From IMG/VR virus record IMGVR_UViG_3300034374_012765: a DNA stretch of 64,000 bases; one strand, 5' to 3'. This document shows positions 27,980 to 39,707 of the stretch, piece by piece. The notes under the pieces were generated by a model. It saw only the letters and a program-made list of their open reading frames with translations, was not told the DNA's origin and did no database searches. Both the position numbers and the translations under genes were made by a program. Position 1 is the first letter of the stretch; the number at the start of each line of letters is the position of its first letter. This stretch comes from an uncultured virus (IMG/VR IMGVR_UViG_3300034374_012765). Taxonomy: Duplodnaviria; Heunggongvirae; Uroviricota; Caudoviricetes.

Positions 27980-28911
27980 ATAATTTCCTCGATATTAGAG
28001 TGGTAATGAAGAAGTGCTTTGTCCTTCATTTTAACCTCCAATTCTATATCGAAGTTATGTCCATAAGTTTCGATCTTTTCGTGGATCCAATCAGAGTGAG
28101 CTAAATCTTTTGCTGAGTTGTCTTCAAATAAAGCACGGGATTCCGAAAAATGAGTTAAAGGGGTTACGTCATTAGGCCAGGTTGATAGACACACTAATAG
28201 TGATTCCTCCTCAGAAAGACCCTCCGGAGGATTACACCGATTATGCAAGTAATCAAATGTAACCGGAATTCCTATCGAGTCATGTATCATTTCTTTGAGA
28301 TCCAAAGAGGTATACTGAGATCCCTTATCATCAATTTCCACGACCAACCTTTTCTTTACCGAATCGGGGAGTAGCATAAAGTTCTTACAGAATCTAGATG
28401 CAGCTTCCTCTTTAGTTGGCTTGGTAGTATTGACGTGTATATTTATGGGATAGTGGAGATTTTGATCCAGACCCATTAAATCCATAATTTCTCCATGCTG
28501 CCTTAATTCCTTCAAAGCATTATGGACAACATCTTCCCGGAGAGAAGCAAGAACACCGTAGGGAGATGGATGGAATGTTATTCTCTGATCTCCGCTAATT
28601 GCTAGACCCCCAGCACGTTTAAGATGGGTCTTTATCTCCTCGAAGTCAGGTAGATCGGATAGCTCATATTCAGAACACCAAGGAAAAATATCGGAGCTCA
28701 TCCGGTACATCTTTATTCCCATCTGATTGTTCCACTCAATTATGGTGCAGAGATCTTTCACATTGAGCAGAGATAACTCAGAGACATACTCAATACCCCT
28801 TTCAAGAAATGTTTTCTTGGTCATAGATCTGTTAGTAGTCACTCGATCTTTCTTTTTTCTGCCCTCAGAAATACTCAGGTTAATGCAGCAATATCCATAT
28901 CTTCTATCCAT
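27958..28911 (-). CDS. uvsE: UV DNA damage endonuclease
   Basis: GYCCIN, YRMSSDIFP, TFHP, INIH, FDYLH, HSD and EVKMKD motifs. Confidence 0.92.
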   Translation of the reverse strand: MDRRYGYCCINLSISEGRKKKDRVTTNRSMTKKTFLERGIEYVSELSLLNVKDLCTIIEWNNQMGIKMYRMSSDIFPWCSEYELSDLPDFEEIKTHLKRAGGLAISGDQRITFHPSPYGVLASLREDVVHNALKELRQHGEIMDLMGLDQNLHYPINIHVNTTKPTKEEAASRFCKNFMLLPDSVKKRLVVEIDDKGSQYTSLDLKEMIHDSIGIPVTFDYLHNRCNPPEGLSEEESLLVCLSTWPNDVTPLTHFSESRALFEDNSAKDLAHSDWIHEKIETYGHNFDIELEVKMKDKALLHYHSNIEEIICQETTN

Positions 28912-28949
28912 AAACCAAAATTACAATTACCAGCCGTTCTAAAAAAATA

Positions 28950-30734
28950 TTAACCCATGGAAGATAACCAGGCTTTTCTAGCCTCCGAAGATTTACCGAA
29001 AGCCATATCAAGCATTGCTGATGATTTTTTATCCTTTACGATATTTGTCATCTTTTTATTCCTCATCACGTAATCCCAATCATCCAGAGATAGGGATCCA
29101 AGGCCTTTTAAATATCGGACTCCAGAGAGTCTGGAGTTTTTAGATTCTTTTTTGAAATCATCGAGAGAATAAAAATATTTTTTATTTCTCTCCCCTATAG
29201 ATACAAGAGGAGTTTCCAGGAAATATAGCATTCTTTTCTCAACAATCCAAGGGAACCATCGGAAAAATAGGCTTATCAAAAGGGATGTGATGTGTGCACC
29301 GTCAGGATCCTGGTCCGTCGCTATTACGATGTTCTGATAAGGACATCGCAAATTTGAGTTTTCCGGATCCAAATTGAGTATCTGCATAAGCTCCAATATT
29401 TCTCTATTCTCCGCAAGGTCCGAAAGGCTTCGTGCATTTTTAATCTTGCCCTTTAAAGCATATACCCCATCCCTAGAAGGATTCCTCTTCTGCAAGATCG
29501 ATCCCATAGCACTAAGACCTTCAACTATAAACAAATTCTGAGCGGACCTTGAGGTAGGAGGAAAATATTTATGCGAGTATTTTACGTTCACACTCTTCTT
29601 TTCCCTCCTAATTTTTTTCAGATTAGATTCCTTCTTTCTCCGCTCAACCTTGTCCTTTACTTTTTTATATAAGGGGGTGGAGAAGAATTTTTTTAGGGAA
29701 CCACTAAAGGAATTCAATATTATTCCCTCTACCTCTTCCCTCCTTGTGACAAATTTGGTCTTATTCTGATCCCCAAATTTTACCTTACCTGGGGGTAAGT
29801 TCAATATTAAACAGAAGTCGTAGAAGTGATGAGCCAGAGAATCGTCCAGGGTTCCATTGATCTGATCCATGATTATCTTTTGGTGTATGCCTGTGCAAGT
29901 AGCGGAATTAACAAATGATACAGAACCAGAATCATCAATCTTCTCCCATATCAATATTTCTCCGATCCTAGTCTTATATGAGAGCTGCTGGAAAACCTTG
30001 GTGTCTATAGGTATAACGACCTCATCCCAGATGAAATTAATCTTTATACTTTTAGTATTATCCTCCGTCTCCAAAACTCTTTTTTTCAGCAGCAACAGGG
30101 ATCTTAGAACTTCTTTATTCCACCTGCAGTTATCGAATATCTCAGCTAATGGAGAGAAGCTAACAGAGGTTCCCAGTTTTTTTCTACCTCGCTTGAGGAC
30201 CTTAGGTTTCCCTGGTTTAAAGTTATTCCACTCCTGAAAGTAATACTCATTGGGACTAACAGTCTCTATGGAAAAATAACTGGACATGGCATTAACAAGG
30301 CTAACCCCCATCCCGTTGGTACCTATCAGGGTTTCAGCTATATCGTCATTATTAAAATTGGACCCTGCTCTTAACATCGAGACCGCAGTAGCAACATTGG
30401 ACATTCCACTCTTCTTATTGATAGACGAGCCGTTAATAAATCCTTCGCCAGAGTCTGTTACCCTAATGGTATTGGTTTTTGAATCAACCTCGATTGTGAT
30501 TGAGTCCATGGACTTCTTCATCCTTTTAGCCTCATCAACAGAATTAGAAAAGACCTCATCGAATAACTTATACATACCTATAGATATGTTATAAGGAACC
30601 AGTCTTATCTTATCTTTCTCCACTATCGGGATCTGCTCCTCCGTTACTTTTACGGATCCAACATAAATAGTTGGTCTTTTGAGTATATGTTCAAAATCCG
30701 AAAGTACCTGTATGCTCTTATTAGCTGATTTCAT
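28950..30734 (-). CDS. type IIA topoisomerase subunit B (gp39+60/GyrB/ParE-like)
   Basis: GHKL motifs EVFSNSVDE, DSGEG, GTNGMG; Toprim motifs EGLSA, DQDPDG; YLKGLGS. Confidence 0.92.
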   Translation of the reverse strand: MKSANKSIQVLSDFEHILKRPTIYVGSVKVTEEQIPIVEKDKIRLVPYNISIGMYKLFDEVFSNSVDEAKRMKKSMDSITIEVDSKTNTIRVTDSGEGFINGSSINKKSGMSNVATAVSMLRAGSNFNNDDIAETLIGTNGMGVSLVNAMSSYFSIETVSPNEYYFQEWNNFKPGKPKVLKRGRKKLGTSVSFSPLAEIFDNCRWNKEVLRSLLLLKKRVLETEDNTKSIKINFIWDEVVIPIDTKVFQQLSYKTRIGEILIWEKIDDSGSVSFVNSATCTGIHQKIIMDQINGTLDDSLAHHFYDFCLILNLPPGKVKFGDQNKTKFVTRREEVEGIILNSFSGSLKKFFSTPLYKKVKDKVERRKKESNLKKIRREKKSVNVKYSHKYFPPTSRSAQNLFIVEGLSAMGSILQKRNPSRDGVYALKGKIKNARSLSDLAENREILELMQILNLDPENSNLRCPYQNIVIATDQDPDGAHITSLLISLFFRWFPWIVEKRMLYFLETPLVSIGERNKKYFYSLDDFKKESKNSRLSGVRYLKGLGSLSLDDWDYVMRNKKMTNIVKDKKSSAMLDMAFGKSSEARKAWLSSMG

Positions 30735-30787
30735 ATTTAAATCCTATTGATCTAGGTTTATATGTCCAATCGATGTGATTATTTCAC

Positions 30788-30820
30788 AAAAAAAAGGTCT
30801 GGAGTTAACCAAACCTTTTT
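30788..30820 (-). terminator. intrinsic terminator
   Basis: aaaaaggtctgg...ccaaaccttttt inverted repeat. Confidence 0.6.
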
Positions 30821-30842
30821 AAATCGAAGATTATAGGAGGGT

Positions 30843-31019
30843 TTAGGCCTCCTCAGGAGCTTTGTTTTTGTCCAATACAGACCAAATACCACCTATTAAG
30901 GTCATAGTGGCACCAAATAGTTCTGTGAACATAGCATCATCAATAAGACCTTGCGTTATTAACACACCTCCCAAGAAGGTTAAAGCGTGTCTAATGATTC
31001 CTAGTGTTTTTTCTTTCAT
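30843..31019 (-). CDS. small two-TM holin-like protein (58 aa)
   Basis: Manual translation MKEKTLGIIRHALTFLGGVLITQG...IGGIWSVLDK. Confidence 0.6.
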   Translation of the reverse strand: MKEKTLGIIRHALTFLGGVLITQGLIDDAMFTELFGATMTLIGGIWSVLDKNKAPEEA

Positions 31020-31045
31020 TTTTTTATTAATTTGATTTTGGGGTT

Positions 31046-31579
31046 TTATTCCTCTCCGGCTGGGGTAAAATATATTTCATCGACCTTCATAGGGGAGATC
31101 TTAGCTTCATATCCTTTATCCGGCAAAGAAGCTGGAATTCCTATTATCATATCATTACCACCTACATTTTCAATGCGATCTACGATAAATTCAGAATCGA
31201 AGAATATTGTTCTCTGGTCACCGAACCTGTTAACATCAAAGTCAAATTCTTCCGCCTCTACGTCGCTCCCTATTTTTTTACCTATGGTCGATTTATATTG
31301 TCTGGCTAGTCGTTCTCTTTCTTGAGCTATAATATCTTTTATATAATCAGGAGCACCCTTTCCCTGGGTTGGGACTTCAGCAATAACATTGATGTTCTCA
31401 ACCGATCCCATTTCTTTCTGTGCTAGAAGATCCCTCAATCTAGGTATGATTTCGGAGTATTTCAATTCCTCGACAGGAGCTGCATTTATATTCTTCTTAA
31501 AGTCCAGCTCGTTATAAAGAGGAGTAGATCCTTCGTTTACCTTATTTGAATAGTCTTCGAATAAACTTATGTGCTTCAT
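31046..31579 (-). CDS. hypothetical protein with N-terminal FxxY tag
   Basis: MKHISLFEDY...VNE; GATATATA upstream. Confidence 0.7.
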   Translation of the reverse strand: MKHISLFEDYSNKVNEGSTPLYNELDFKKNINAAPVEELKYSEIIPRLRDLLAQKEMGSVENINVIAEVPTQGKGAPDYIKDIIAQERERLARQYKSTIGKKIGSDVEAEEFDFDVNRFGDQRTIFFDSEFIVDRIENVGGNDMIIGIPASLPDKGYEAKISPMKVDEIYFTPAGEE

Positions 31580-31609
31580 CTACTTAAAAATTAGATTTAT
31601 CTATATATC

Positions 31610-31885
31610 TCATTCAGGGAAATATTTTGTAACAATCACCTCAAGCTTAGAATTTCCCTTTATAAGCCGATGCCAGACCCCCGCTTTTATTTTTATCTTA
31701 CCTTTACATTCAACCGGGAGTTGGTTATCGATCTGAAATAGCCAGTCATTCGGGGTTAAAAATTCCAAAGTTCGATCCTCCTCATCCCAATGCCACTTTA
31801 GAGAATTCTCGTCAGAATTTTCACTGAACACTCTCCGGTAGGTGCTGCCAGATTCGTGTATTTCTATATAAGGATGATCTACCAA
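31610..31885 (-). CDS. small cupin-like phage protein
   Basis: WHWDEEDR...WHRLIKG pattern. Confidence 0.65.
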   Translation of the reverse strand: MVDHPYIEIHESGSTYRRVFSENSDENSLKWHWDEEDRTLEFLTPNDWLFQIDNQLPVECKGKIKIKAGVWHRLIKGNSKLEVIVTKYFPE

Positions 31886-32430
31886 GGATTACTTGATTTA
31901 AGTCCTAGTAGTTTATGATACCTGTGAACATTACATGACCACCATCTTGGTTTCCATCTTGGCCCGGGATCATTACATCTGTGTCTAGCTCTAAAAGACT
32001 TTGATGCCTCTTTGTCGGAATTCTTTATTCTCATTCCAGGCTGACCAAACCTAACCAGTATGACTTTCCCATCTCCGTTCTTAGTGTAAACCCCGAACTT
32101 TCTGGGAGCTTTAGGTGTTCTGAAAGGCTTATTCAATTCCACGTCTCTTCCTTTATATTCAGCCTCGTTAATCTCAAAGGGGACATCCAATAAGACTTCT
32201 TCGCCAAGATAAGTGGATTTAGATCCAGCGTCAGTACTTATAAGGAAAACATCATCGAATGATAGATCCAATCTATCATTAAGCCACATATCCCTGGATT
32301 CATTAATTAGATCTAACCAGGACTCAGACTCTATTCTATACACGCTTTCCATTAGAGAGACCTCATTTTTCAAATGGTAGTCCATCCCTTCGCTTAATCT
32401 ATCAAAATCTGAGAATCCCTTTATTCGCAT
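31879..32430 (-). CDS. conserved phage hypothetical protein
   Basis: LNKPFRTP...VRFGQPG...SFRARHRC...WWSC; N-terminal FSDF tag. Confidence 0.7.
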   Translation of the reverse strand: MRIKGFSDFDRLSEGMDYHLKNEVSLMESVYRIESESWLDLINESRDMWLNDRLDLSFDDVFLISTDAGSKSTYLGEEVLLDVPFEINEAEYKGRDVELNKPFRTPKAPRKFGVYTKNGDGKVILVRFGQPGMRIKNSDKEASKSFRARHRCNDPGPRWKPRWWSCNVHRYHKLLGLKSSNPW

Positions 32431-32462
32431 ATGCTATATATCGATTCGGAATTTCCCATTCA

Positions 32463-33746
32463 TCAGGTATCCTGTTTACTGAGCTTCTTTTTCTCCTCGA
32501 TAGCTTTGGCTTTTTTCAAAGCTGCTTCCCTAAAATATTCATGGTTTTTCCTTATCCTAGATTTTTCATTTTCGCTCATTGTAACAAAGAAAGGCATCCT
32601 CATGATGGCTTCCATCTTCTCAGCGGAGATTTCAGGATTTCCTGTGTGATATGCAGCTAATGCAAATTCATCAAGAAGACGCCATTGCCAAATTTCAGGT
32701 TCTACAAATAATATATCCGATGTTCCTGGATTCTTTACTGCCATATTTCCGTAAGTAAAGGAAAGAACCCATCTTTCCTGCTCCCTTAGTTTTCTCATAG
32801 CATGGAATATAGCTTCGAGCCTTTCCGGTCTGTATTCCCAGGCTTTGGAATAGGCAGTAATGACTTCATCGGGGTGCCTCCCGAGCTGCTCTTTTAATCT
32901 ACCTATCATGTAAAGGGAATAGTAAACCTCCTCATCCCATCCGCCAGCATCTGCCCTTTTTTGATAAGCGTCTATGGCTTTTACCTTCTGTTGGGAATCT
33001 CTATAACTTTGAGCCAAATAGAACATATATCGGGTATTTTCTGGATCCTTATCTAATGCTTCCTCCAATATTTCAGCATCCTTTGCGTATTTTTCTTCCA
33101 AGGAGCTAGCCCTTTTCAGAGGACTTATATCGGCATCTACCCTACATCTGTCACCTGGAATTTGGTATTGTATTACCGGCTCTTTTCCAGGTAGATCCAA
33201 ATACTCATGCAAAACCCCTTTGTATACCCAATCTTGATCGGATCTAACTATCTGAGCTCGATGATACTGTAGGTTATTTAATCTGTACATTATCTGGAAG
33301 CAATCAACATCAGAGGGTAAATCCGAGAATGGATTAATGTTGGGATTTAAAACTTCGAAGGTATCATCAGCATCTATTATCCATGAGTAATCACATTTAC
33401 CTCTGGCTAATTCCAGACTTTCCGTGCGATTAACTTCAAAGTTAACCCAGGGTCTCTCGTAGATTTCGCCTTCTATACCAAGCTCATCCATAGTTGATTT
33501 TATCTCATCTATTGTATTATCGCTTGATCCAGTGTCACATATTACATAATATGAGATATATGGTGCACATCTGGTTAAACATTTTCGGATCGTGTCCTCC
33601 TCATCTTTCACGATCATAACAAGACAGAGACTAATCGATTGGGACTTATCTACTTTTTCCGTAGATGCATCCTCCGTAGCGATTTCTTTTTTACTTTCTT
33701 TGTTAATTGCAGGTCTGGATTTGCTCCTTGATTTTTTGGATGCCAT
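32463..33746 (-). CDS. glycosyltransferase family 2 with TPR repeats
   Basis: MIVKDEE, DTGSSDNT, DAD, GVLHE, YLAQSY motifs. Confidence 0.9.
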   Translation of the reverse strand: MASKKSRSKSRPAINKESKKEIATEDASTEKVDKSQSISLCLVMIVKDEEDTIRKCLTRCAPYISYYVICDTGSSDNTIDEIKSTMDELGIEGEIYERPWVNFEVNRTESLELARGKCDYSWIIDADDTFEVLNPNINPFSDLPSDVDCFQIMYRLNNLQYHRAQIVRSDQDWVYKGVLHEYLDLPGKEPVIQYQIPGDRCRVDADISPLKRASSLEEKYAKDAEILEEALDKDPENTRYMFYLAQSYRDSQQKVKAIDAYQKRADAGGWDEEVYYSLYMIGRLKEQLGRHPDEVITAYSKAWEYRPERLEAIFHAMRKLREQERWVLSFTYGNMAVKNPGTSDILFVEPEIWQWRLLDEFALAAYHTGNPEISAEKMEAIMRMPFFVTMSENEKSRIRKNHEYFREAALKKAKAIEEKKKLSKQDT

Positions 33747-33802
33747 CTTTTATATGAGTATATTTTCCATTTATATGGGGAATACACTAAAAAATTTCAC
33801 CC

Positions 33803-34528
33803 TTATCCCTGATCTAACGAGGTTATTCTCTCAAGAATGAGTCCATCATTGAGTGTCATAGTAAATTCACCCTTAGCTACGACATTTCTTTTGCTTGTAG
33901 ATATGAGATCCACATTAAGAAATCCCGTTTCCTCGCATATGTCGATATCCTCCGTCGGGTTAACCCTGGGAAGAAAGGTAGATCTACTCATACCCCTACC
34001 GTTCCAATAAACCAGGGTGAGATTATCTATTTTACCATCCAATATCTTTACAACCTGATTTTCTCTTAGGCATTCTATCTTTATCGAGGGTCCTCTAGAC
34101 TTGAAACCTGAAGAAAATGAGGTCAAAAAATATCCTCTACCCTCGAGAAGCCCGGGGACGGTATCATTTTTGCAGGAAAACATTCCTAAAGAACCCGAGA
34201 ATCTATGGTGCTTAAATCTTACACCTAGCTCCATGAAGGATTTTCTTAGGGCCTCCATTATCTCCTCCACATCCTCAGATTTATAGAAATCCATTAGGTA
34301 ATGGGGATTAGCTCCCTTTATAATCTTGGAAGACCTGATGCGAAGGTTGGAATAATACCTTATATAATTTTCGAAGACAATACCTATGGAAGCAACTTGT
34401 TCCTCCTCAGATTTAGTCATCTTCTTCCTCATATTCATCTCATGTTCGAATCTTTCTACAAACTCTGAGAGGATGTTATTATCGTTCATATTCAATTTAG
34501 ATTCTTTTCCAGGAGTAATCCGTGTCAA
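33803..34528 (-). CDS. hypothetical protein
   Basis: 241-aa ORF; start uncertain. Confidence 0.6.
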   Translation of the reverse strand: MTRITPGKESKLNMNDNNILSEFVERFEHEMNMRKKMTKSEEEQVASIGIVFENYIRYYSNLRIRSSKIIKGANPHYLMDFYKSEDVEEIMEALRKSFMELGVRFKHHRFSGSLGMFSCKNDTVPGLLEGRGYFLTSFSSGFKSRGPSIKIECLRENQVVKILDGKIDNLTLVYWNGRGMSRSTFLPRVNPTEDIDICEETGFLNVDLISTSKRNVVAKGEFTMTLNDGLILERITSLDQG

Positions 34529-34910
34529 GCTTGAATCTCCCTAAACACTCAAACTTATTACCCCATTCTTCGGGTGAAATTATGCTAGCAAATGTCTTTT
34601 CTTTATTACCAACATATAGATATATCTCTATTCCTATATAGGGTTCAAAAGAAATTTTAGAAGACCATATCATCTGGTTATCCGAATATTCACTATACAG
34701 ATCCCTAATCTGCTCTTTTATTTCCTCAGCCCTCTTGTTAAATTTTTTAGCAGCTTTGGATACAGCACCTCCTTTAAACTTGTCGATGTCATCTATCTGG
34801 AAACTAGGGGAACTTAAAGAAGTTGGATATGGCTTTAGAAAAGCATCAAAAACCCCGGTCTCCTGATTAAACACTACGGAATCCGGTAATTTACGATTTT
34901 TCTTTTTCAA
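34497..34910 (-). CDS. DUF2452-like protein
   Basis: PYPTSLSSP, FEPYIG-YLY, SIISPEEW...G-FKL. Confidence 0.6.
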   Translation of the reverse strand: MKKKNRKLPDSVVFNQETGVFDAFLKPYPTSLSSPSFQIDDIDKFKGGAVSKAAKKFNKRAEEIKEQIRDLYSEYSDNQMIWSSKISFEPYIGIEIYLYVGNKEKTFASIISPEEWGNKFECLGRFKLDTDYSWKRI

Positions 34911-35532
34911 GTGAGGTTGGCTTTATTCCTATCTTATCTATCACTTGTTTATAGACTTCTTCGGATCCGGGGGAGGCATTAATCTTAACCAGCTTTCTAC
35001 TTTTCCTATACTTATCCAATAGAGGTTTGGTTTTATTCTCATATTCGTCGAACCTCTTATTAATTACATCTGGATTTTTATCATCTTCCCTTCCTTCCTT
35101 CTCGGCTCTATTGAGGATTCTTTCCCTCGATTTTTTTCTGCTCAGGTCCAGGTAGATGCAATGGTTTAATCCAACACCCAATTTACCCAGGATGGAGTCA
35201 AGCATCTTAGTTTGCTTAATAGTTCTTGGAAATCCGTCTATTACTACACCACTTTCAAGATCCGCTTTACCAAGCTCTCTTCTTAACATTCTAGCCATTA
35301 TTCTATCCGGAATATAATCTCCTTTGGCTATGATCTTTTTTAGATCTTCATCCTTGGAATTCCTGATTAGTTCTCCCGTAGAAATATGGGTAAATCCGTT
35401 CTTGGAGGCAAGTTTTTTAGAAACCGTTCCCTTTCCGGAACCGGGAGGACCCATTATGATTATGATTTCTCCTTGCTTATCTGGGATTTCCCTCTCGTTG
35501 ATAAAATATTCGTAGCTTTTAACCTTATCCAT
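34891..35532 (-). CDS. adk: adenylate kinase
   Basis: GPPGSGKGT, HISTGELIR, DGFPRT and REDD motifs. Confidence 0.93.
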   Translation of the reverse strand: MDKVKSYEYFINEREIPDKQGEIIIIMGPPGSGKGTVSKKLASKNGFTHISTGELIRNSKDEDLKKIIAKGDYIPDRIMARMLRRELGKADLESGVVIDGFPRTIKQTKMLDSILGKLGVGLNHCIYLDLSRKKSRERILNRAEKEGREDDKNPDVINKRFDEYENKTKPLLDKYRKSRKLVKINASPGSEEVYKQVIDKIGIKPTSLEKEKS

Positions 35533-35543
35533 CTCAATTTAGC

Positions 35544-36152
35544 TTATTTTTTCTCGAAATACCAAGTACCGAACCACTCATCGGTTACAGATAGCTGATA
35601 CCCCATTCTCTCACAGAACTCATCTACTGCAGGATTCACACCAAATACACCACAATACCATTTATGGATATTATCATAAATGTGCTTATCCTTGCCGTTT
35701 GGTAAAAAAGGCCCCTCCTTCCAATTAAGGTCTATATAATCGTGGCCCATTAATATGCCCCCGCTTTTAACTTTGGGATACCAAAGACCAATATCCTCAC
35801 AAACTGACTTGTAGGTATGGTTAGCATCTATAAAAACAAAATCCAGGCTCTCGTCAGGAAATAGCTTATAGGTCTTATTAGAAAAGTTCCTTATCATAGT
35901 CGATCTCTCACCAAACTGTTCCATCCTTTCCGCACATTCAGTCATGATTGCGTAGGGTTCAAAAGACCCATGGTTGGATCCATCTGGGTAATCCTCGAAA
36001 TCCAATTCTCTCCAAACATCGATCATGTAGAGATCTCCGTCCCACGTTTTCAATATTTCCTCAGCAAATTCTCCCTTAAAGGAACCAATCTCAGCTCCTA
36101 CTTTAAAGCCCCTTTTAACAAAGATCTCTTTTATTAAATCTTCCCTCTTCAT
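35544..36152 (-). CDS. class I SAM methyltransferase (Methyltransf_24-like)
   Basis: AEIGSFKG, DFVFIDANH and GGILMGHDY motifs. Confidence 0.85.
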   Translation of the reverse strand: MKREDLIKEIFVKRGFKVGAEIGSFKGEFAEEILKTWDGDLYMIDVWRELDFEDYPDGSNHGSFEPYAIMTECAERMEQFGERSTMIRNFSNKTYKLFPDESLDFVFIDANHTYKSVCEDIGLWYPKVKSGGILMGHDYIDLNWKEGPFLPNGKDKHIYDNIHKWYCGVFGVNPAVDEFCERMGYQLSVTDEWFGTWYFEKK

Positions 36153-36170
36153 CAGCTATTTTTAAATGTG

Positions 36171-38666
36171 TTACGATCCACAGGATATACAGTCATCCGG
36201 ATTATCTAGACTACATGATATATCAGACATTGCCTGATTTGCTAGCTCCTTTAACTCCTCACTAGCAGATTCAGAGTGATTAGAATTCTTTTCATCATTG
36301 GGAACATTGACAGTTTCCTCAACCTTAACTACACTGGGAGACTTGGTTTTATACTTACTTGAATCTATACCGAGACCGGATAAGGCATCCACTGCTGCCT
36401 TAGTTCTCAAATAGTACATACCAGTTTTAAGACCCATCTTCCAGGAATGGAAATGAGCTGCAGTTAACTTGGCTGCATTCACGCCCTCTATGAAAAGATT
36501 AAGGGACTGAGACTGGCATATAAATTTACCTCTCTCAGCAGACATTTCAATAAGATCCTTCTGCTTTATCTCCCAGACAGTTTTATAGATCTCCTTAATA
36601 TCGTCGGGTATATTGGGTATATTCTGAATTGACCCCTTATGGATGATAATCATATTCTTCATATCATCATCCCATAGATTGAGTGAAATTAGATCATTCA
36701 CGAGATGCTTATTAATCACAATAAATTCCCCACTCAAAGTTCTTCGAGTATAAATGTTTGAAGTGAAAGGCTCGAAAGCTTCATTATTCCCCATAATCTG
36801 AGCGGTAGAAGCAGTTGGCATTGGGGCTAAAAGCAATGAATTTCTTGCCCCATGCTTCATAACTTCCTTCCTAAGCTTTTTCCAGTCCCACCTACCAGAT
36901 AATTCCTCGTCGGTGAAATTCCATAGATTGAATTGGAATTTGCCCTGGCTCAGAGGAGATCCATCAAAGGTCTCATATGCTCCAAGTTTTTTGGCTAAAG
37001 AAACTGAGGCGGACATAGAAGCAAAATATATCGTTTCAAATATATCTGAGTTTATTTTCCTAGCCTCATCCGATGAGAATGGTATTCCCATAATAGCATA
37101 AAGATCAGCCAGACCCTGTATTCCTATCCCTATGGGTCTATGCCTCATGTTGGATTTTCTAGTTTCTGGAGTAGGATAAAAATTAACATCTATAACCTTA
37201 TTAAGATTAATAGCGGTTTGATAGGCCACCTCATACAGAAGATCGTGATCGACTTCACACTTTCCTCTCAGTATTTTGGAGGTTCTAGCATCAGTAGATT
37301 TCAAGAAGTTATTTACCGCTATCGAAGCAAGATTACAAACTGCTTGTTCATCTTTATCAGTATACTCGATTATCTCGGTACACAGATTAGAAGATTTTAT
37401 AGTACCGAGGTTTTGCTGATTTGATTTCCTATTTGCAGCATCTTTATATAGGATATATGGTGTACCAGTCTCTATCTGGGATTCTATTATTTTTCCCCAT
37501 AGTTCGCGAGCTCTAACTTTTTTCCTGACTTTCCCTTCTCTCTCAGCAGCTATGTATTTCTTATTGAATTCTTCTCCATAAACCTCGTGTAAACCAGGAA
37601 CTTCAGAAGGAGATATTAATGACCAGTCCTCATCCTTTTCTACTCTCTCCATAAACAGGTCCGGAACCCAGAGAGCCAAAAATAAATCTCTTGCTCTCCT
37701 CTCCTCCTTACCCGTATTTTTTCTTAGCTCTAGAAAATCCTCCACATCTGCGTGCCATGGTTCAAGGTAAATGGCGAAAGATCCCTTTCTCTTTCCACCA
37801 CCCTGATCAACATATCTGGCGGTCTCGTTATAGACCTTCAACATCGGAACAATCCCATTCGACTTACCATTTGTTCCTCGTATATAGGAACCAGTAGATC
37901 TCACATTATGTATGGCTAGTCCAATACCTCCCGCATTTTGAGAGATCAAAGCAACATCGGATAGGGTCTTATAGATACCCGGAATTGAATCATCACTCAT
38001 CGTGAGAAGAAAGCAGGACGATAATTGGGGTTTTCTAGTACCCGCATTAAATAGGGTAGGAGTAGCGTGAGTCATCATATGAGTTGACAAAAGCTCATAC
38101 GTCTTAATGGCATTCTTTATGTCGCTTCCCCATATTCCTACCGCAACCCTCATGTACATGTGCTGAGGGGTTTCTGAAGGATTCCCATGCATTTTTAGAA
38201 GATAACTCTTCTCCAATGTTTTGAAACCAAAATACTCAAAATTGAAATCACGATCATGTATAATCGAGGAATCCAACTTGTTCTTATTTTTTCTAACAAC
38301 CTCGTACGTCTCATCACTGATAAGACCTGCAGGCTTGTCCGTTTCCGGATCGATATAGGAATATAGGTCCTCTATGGTATCCGAGAATTTCTTCTTAGTT
38401 GTTTTATGTAACCTCGAGACCGCTATTCTTGAAGCCAGAATTGAGTGGTCCGGGTGAATGGGTATAAGTGAAGCAGCGGTTTCGGCTGCTAAATTGTCAA
38501 GTTCACCTGTGGTGATACCGTCATAAATTCCGGCGATCACCTTTTGTGATATACCCATTGAATCCACAAAATCTGTGTTCAATCCATAAGTCATTTTCCT
38601 CACGCGGTTAGATATTTTATCAAATCTTACCGCTTCGCTAGATCCGTCTCTCTTAGTTACGTACAT
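36171..38666 (-). CDS. nrdA: ribonucleoside-diphosphate reductase class Ia alpha subunit
   Basis: ATP cone; [32 protein letters not shown]-terminal CxxC. Confidence 0.97.
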   Translation of the reverse strand: MYVTKRDGSSEAVRFDKISNRVRKMTYGLNTDFVDSMGISQKVIAGIYDGITTGELDNLAAETAASLIPIHPDHSILASRIAVSRLHKTTKKKFSDTIEDLYSYIDPETDKPAGLISDETYEVVRKNKNKLDSSIIHDRDFNFEYFGFKTLEKSYLLKMHGNPSETPQHMYMRVAVGIWGSDIKNAIKTYELLSTHMMTHATPTLFNAGTRKPQLSSCFLLTMSDDSIPGIYKTLSDVALISQNAGGIGLAIHNVRSTGSYIRGTNGKSNGIVPMLKVYNETARYVDQGGGKRKGSFAIYLEPWHADVEDFLELRKNTGKEERRARDLFLALWVPDLFMERVEKDEDWSLISPSEVPGLHEVYGEEFNKKYIAAEREGKVRKKVRARELWGKIIESQIETGTPYILYKDAANRKSNQQNLGTIKSSNLCTEIIEYTDKDEQAVCNLASIAVNNFLKSTDARTSKILRGKCEVDHDLLYEVAYQTAINLNKVIDVNFYPTPETRKSNMRHRPIGIGIQGLADLYAIMGIPFSSDEARKINSDIFETIYFASMSASVSLAKKLGAYETFDGSPLSQGKFQFNLWNFTDEELSGRWDWKKLRKEVMKHGARNSLLLAPMPTASTAQIMGNNEAFEPFTSNIYTRRTLSGEFIVINKHLVNDLISLNLWDDDMKNMIIIHKGSIQNIPNIPDDIKEIYKTVWEIKQKDLIEMSAERGKFICQSQSLNLFIEGVNAAKLTAAHFHSWKMGLKTGMYYLRTKAAVDALSGLGIDSSKYKTKSPSVVKVEETVNVPNDEKNSNHSESASEELKELANQAMSDISCSLDNPDDCISCGS

Positions 38667-38685
38667 TGTTCTTTTTTGGTTATTT

Positions 38686-39666
38686 TTAAAAATCCACGTC
38701 CATATCGAACGTGTTCTCTGAGGAGTTCATAACTCCCGCTTTCTGATATTCCCCAACTCTTTTTTCGAAGAAGTTGGTTTTTCCCTGAAGTGATATATTG
38801 GTCATAAAATCAAACGGATTCTCCACATTGAAAACTTTAGAGCATTCAAGATCAACCAAAAGTCTATCAGCAACAAACTCCAAATATTGCTTCATCAGAT
38901 CTGAATTCATACCAATCAATTTAACTGGAAGGGACTCGGTGATGAATTCTTTCTCTATCTCAAGAGCACTTAATATGATCTCCCTTATTCTTTCTTCAGA
39001 TACCTTATTATTTACAAATCTATTGTGGAGCATAACAGCAAAATCGCAATGCATCCCTTCGTCTCTGGAGATAAGCTCGTTAGAAAAACTAAGACCCGGC
39101 ATTAGACCCCTTTTCTTAAGCCAAAAAATGGAACAAAAAGATCCGGAAAAGAATATGCCCTCCACCGCGGCAAAAGCAATAAGTCTTTCCTGGAAGTGAT
39201 CTGATTCCACCCATTTAAGAGCCCATTCAGCTTTCCTTTTAACAGCTGGGATAGTATCAATTGCATTAAAAAGATTGGACTTCTCCTCAGGGTCTGAGAT
39301 ATAAGTATCGATCAGGAGGGAGTAAGTCTCGGAATGTATATTCTCCATCATAATCTGGAATCCGTAGAAAAATTTAGCCTCCGTATATTGTACCTCACTA
39401 ACAAAATTCTCAGCAAGATTCTCGTTAACTATACCATCAGAGGCAGCAAAAAAAGCTAAGACATGCTTAATAAAATGCCTTTCATTATCATTGAGCTTAT
39501 TTCTCCAATCATCAATATCACTGGATAAATCAATTTCCTCAGCAGTCCAAATACATGCTTGCTGTTTTTTATACATCTCCCAGATCTCCTGGTGTTCTAT
39601 TGGGAAAATCACAAAGCGATTTGGATTTTCATTTAATATCGGTTCAGGTAACGAATATCCTTCCAT
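38686..39666 (-). CDS. nrdB: ribonucleoside-diphosphate reductase beta subunit
   Basis: [29 protein letters not shown] and DEGMH motifs. Confidence 0.97.
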   Translation of the reverse strand: MEGYSLPEPILNENPNRFVIFPIEHQEIWEMYKKQQACIWTAEEIDLSSDIDDWRNKLNDNERHFIKHVLAFFAASDGIVNENLAENFVSEVQYTEAKFFYGFQIMMENIHSETYSLLIDTYISDPEEKSNLFNAIDTIPAVKRKAEWALKWVESDHFQERLIAFAAVEGIFFSGSFCSIFWLKKRGLMPGLSFSNELISRDEGMHCDFAVMLHNRFVNNKVSEERIREIILSALEIEKEFITESLPVKLIGMNSDLMKQYLEFVADRLLVDLECSKVFNVENPFDFMTNISLQGKTNFFEKRVGEYQKAGVMNSSENTFDMDVDF

Positions 39667-39707
39667 AGGTATTAATTTTTTGGTTAATTTTTAATCGATC
39701 TTTGTTC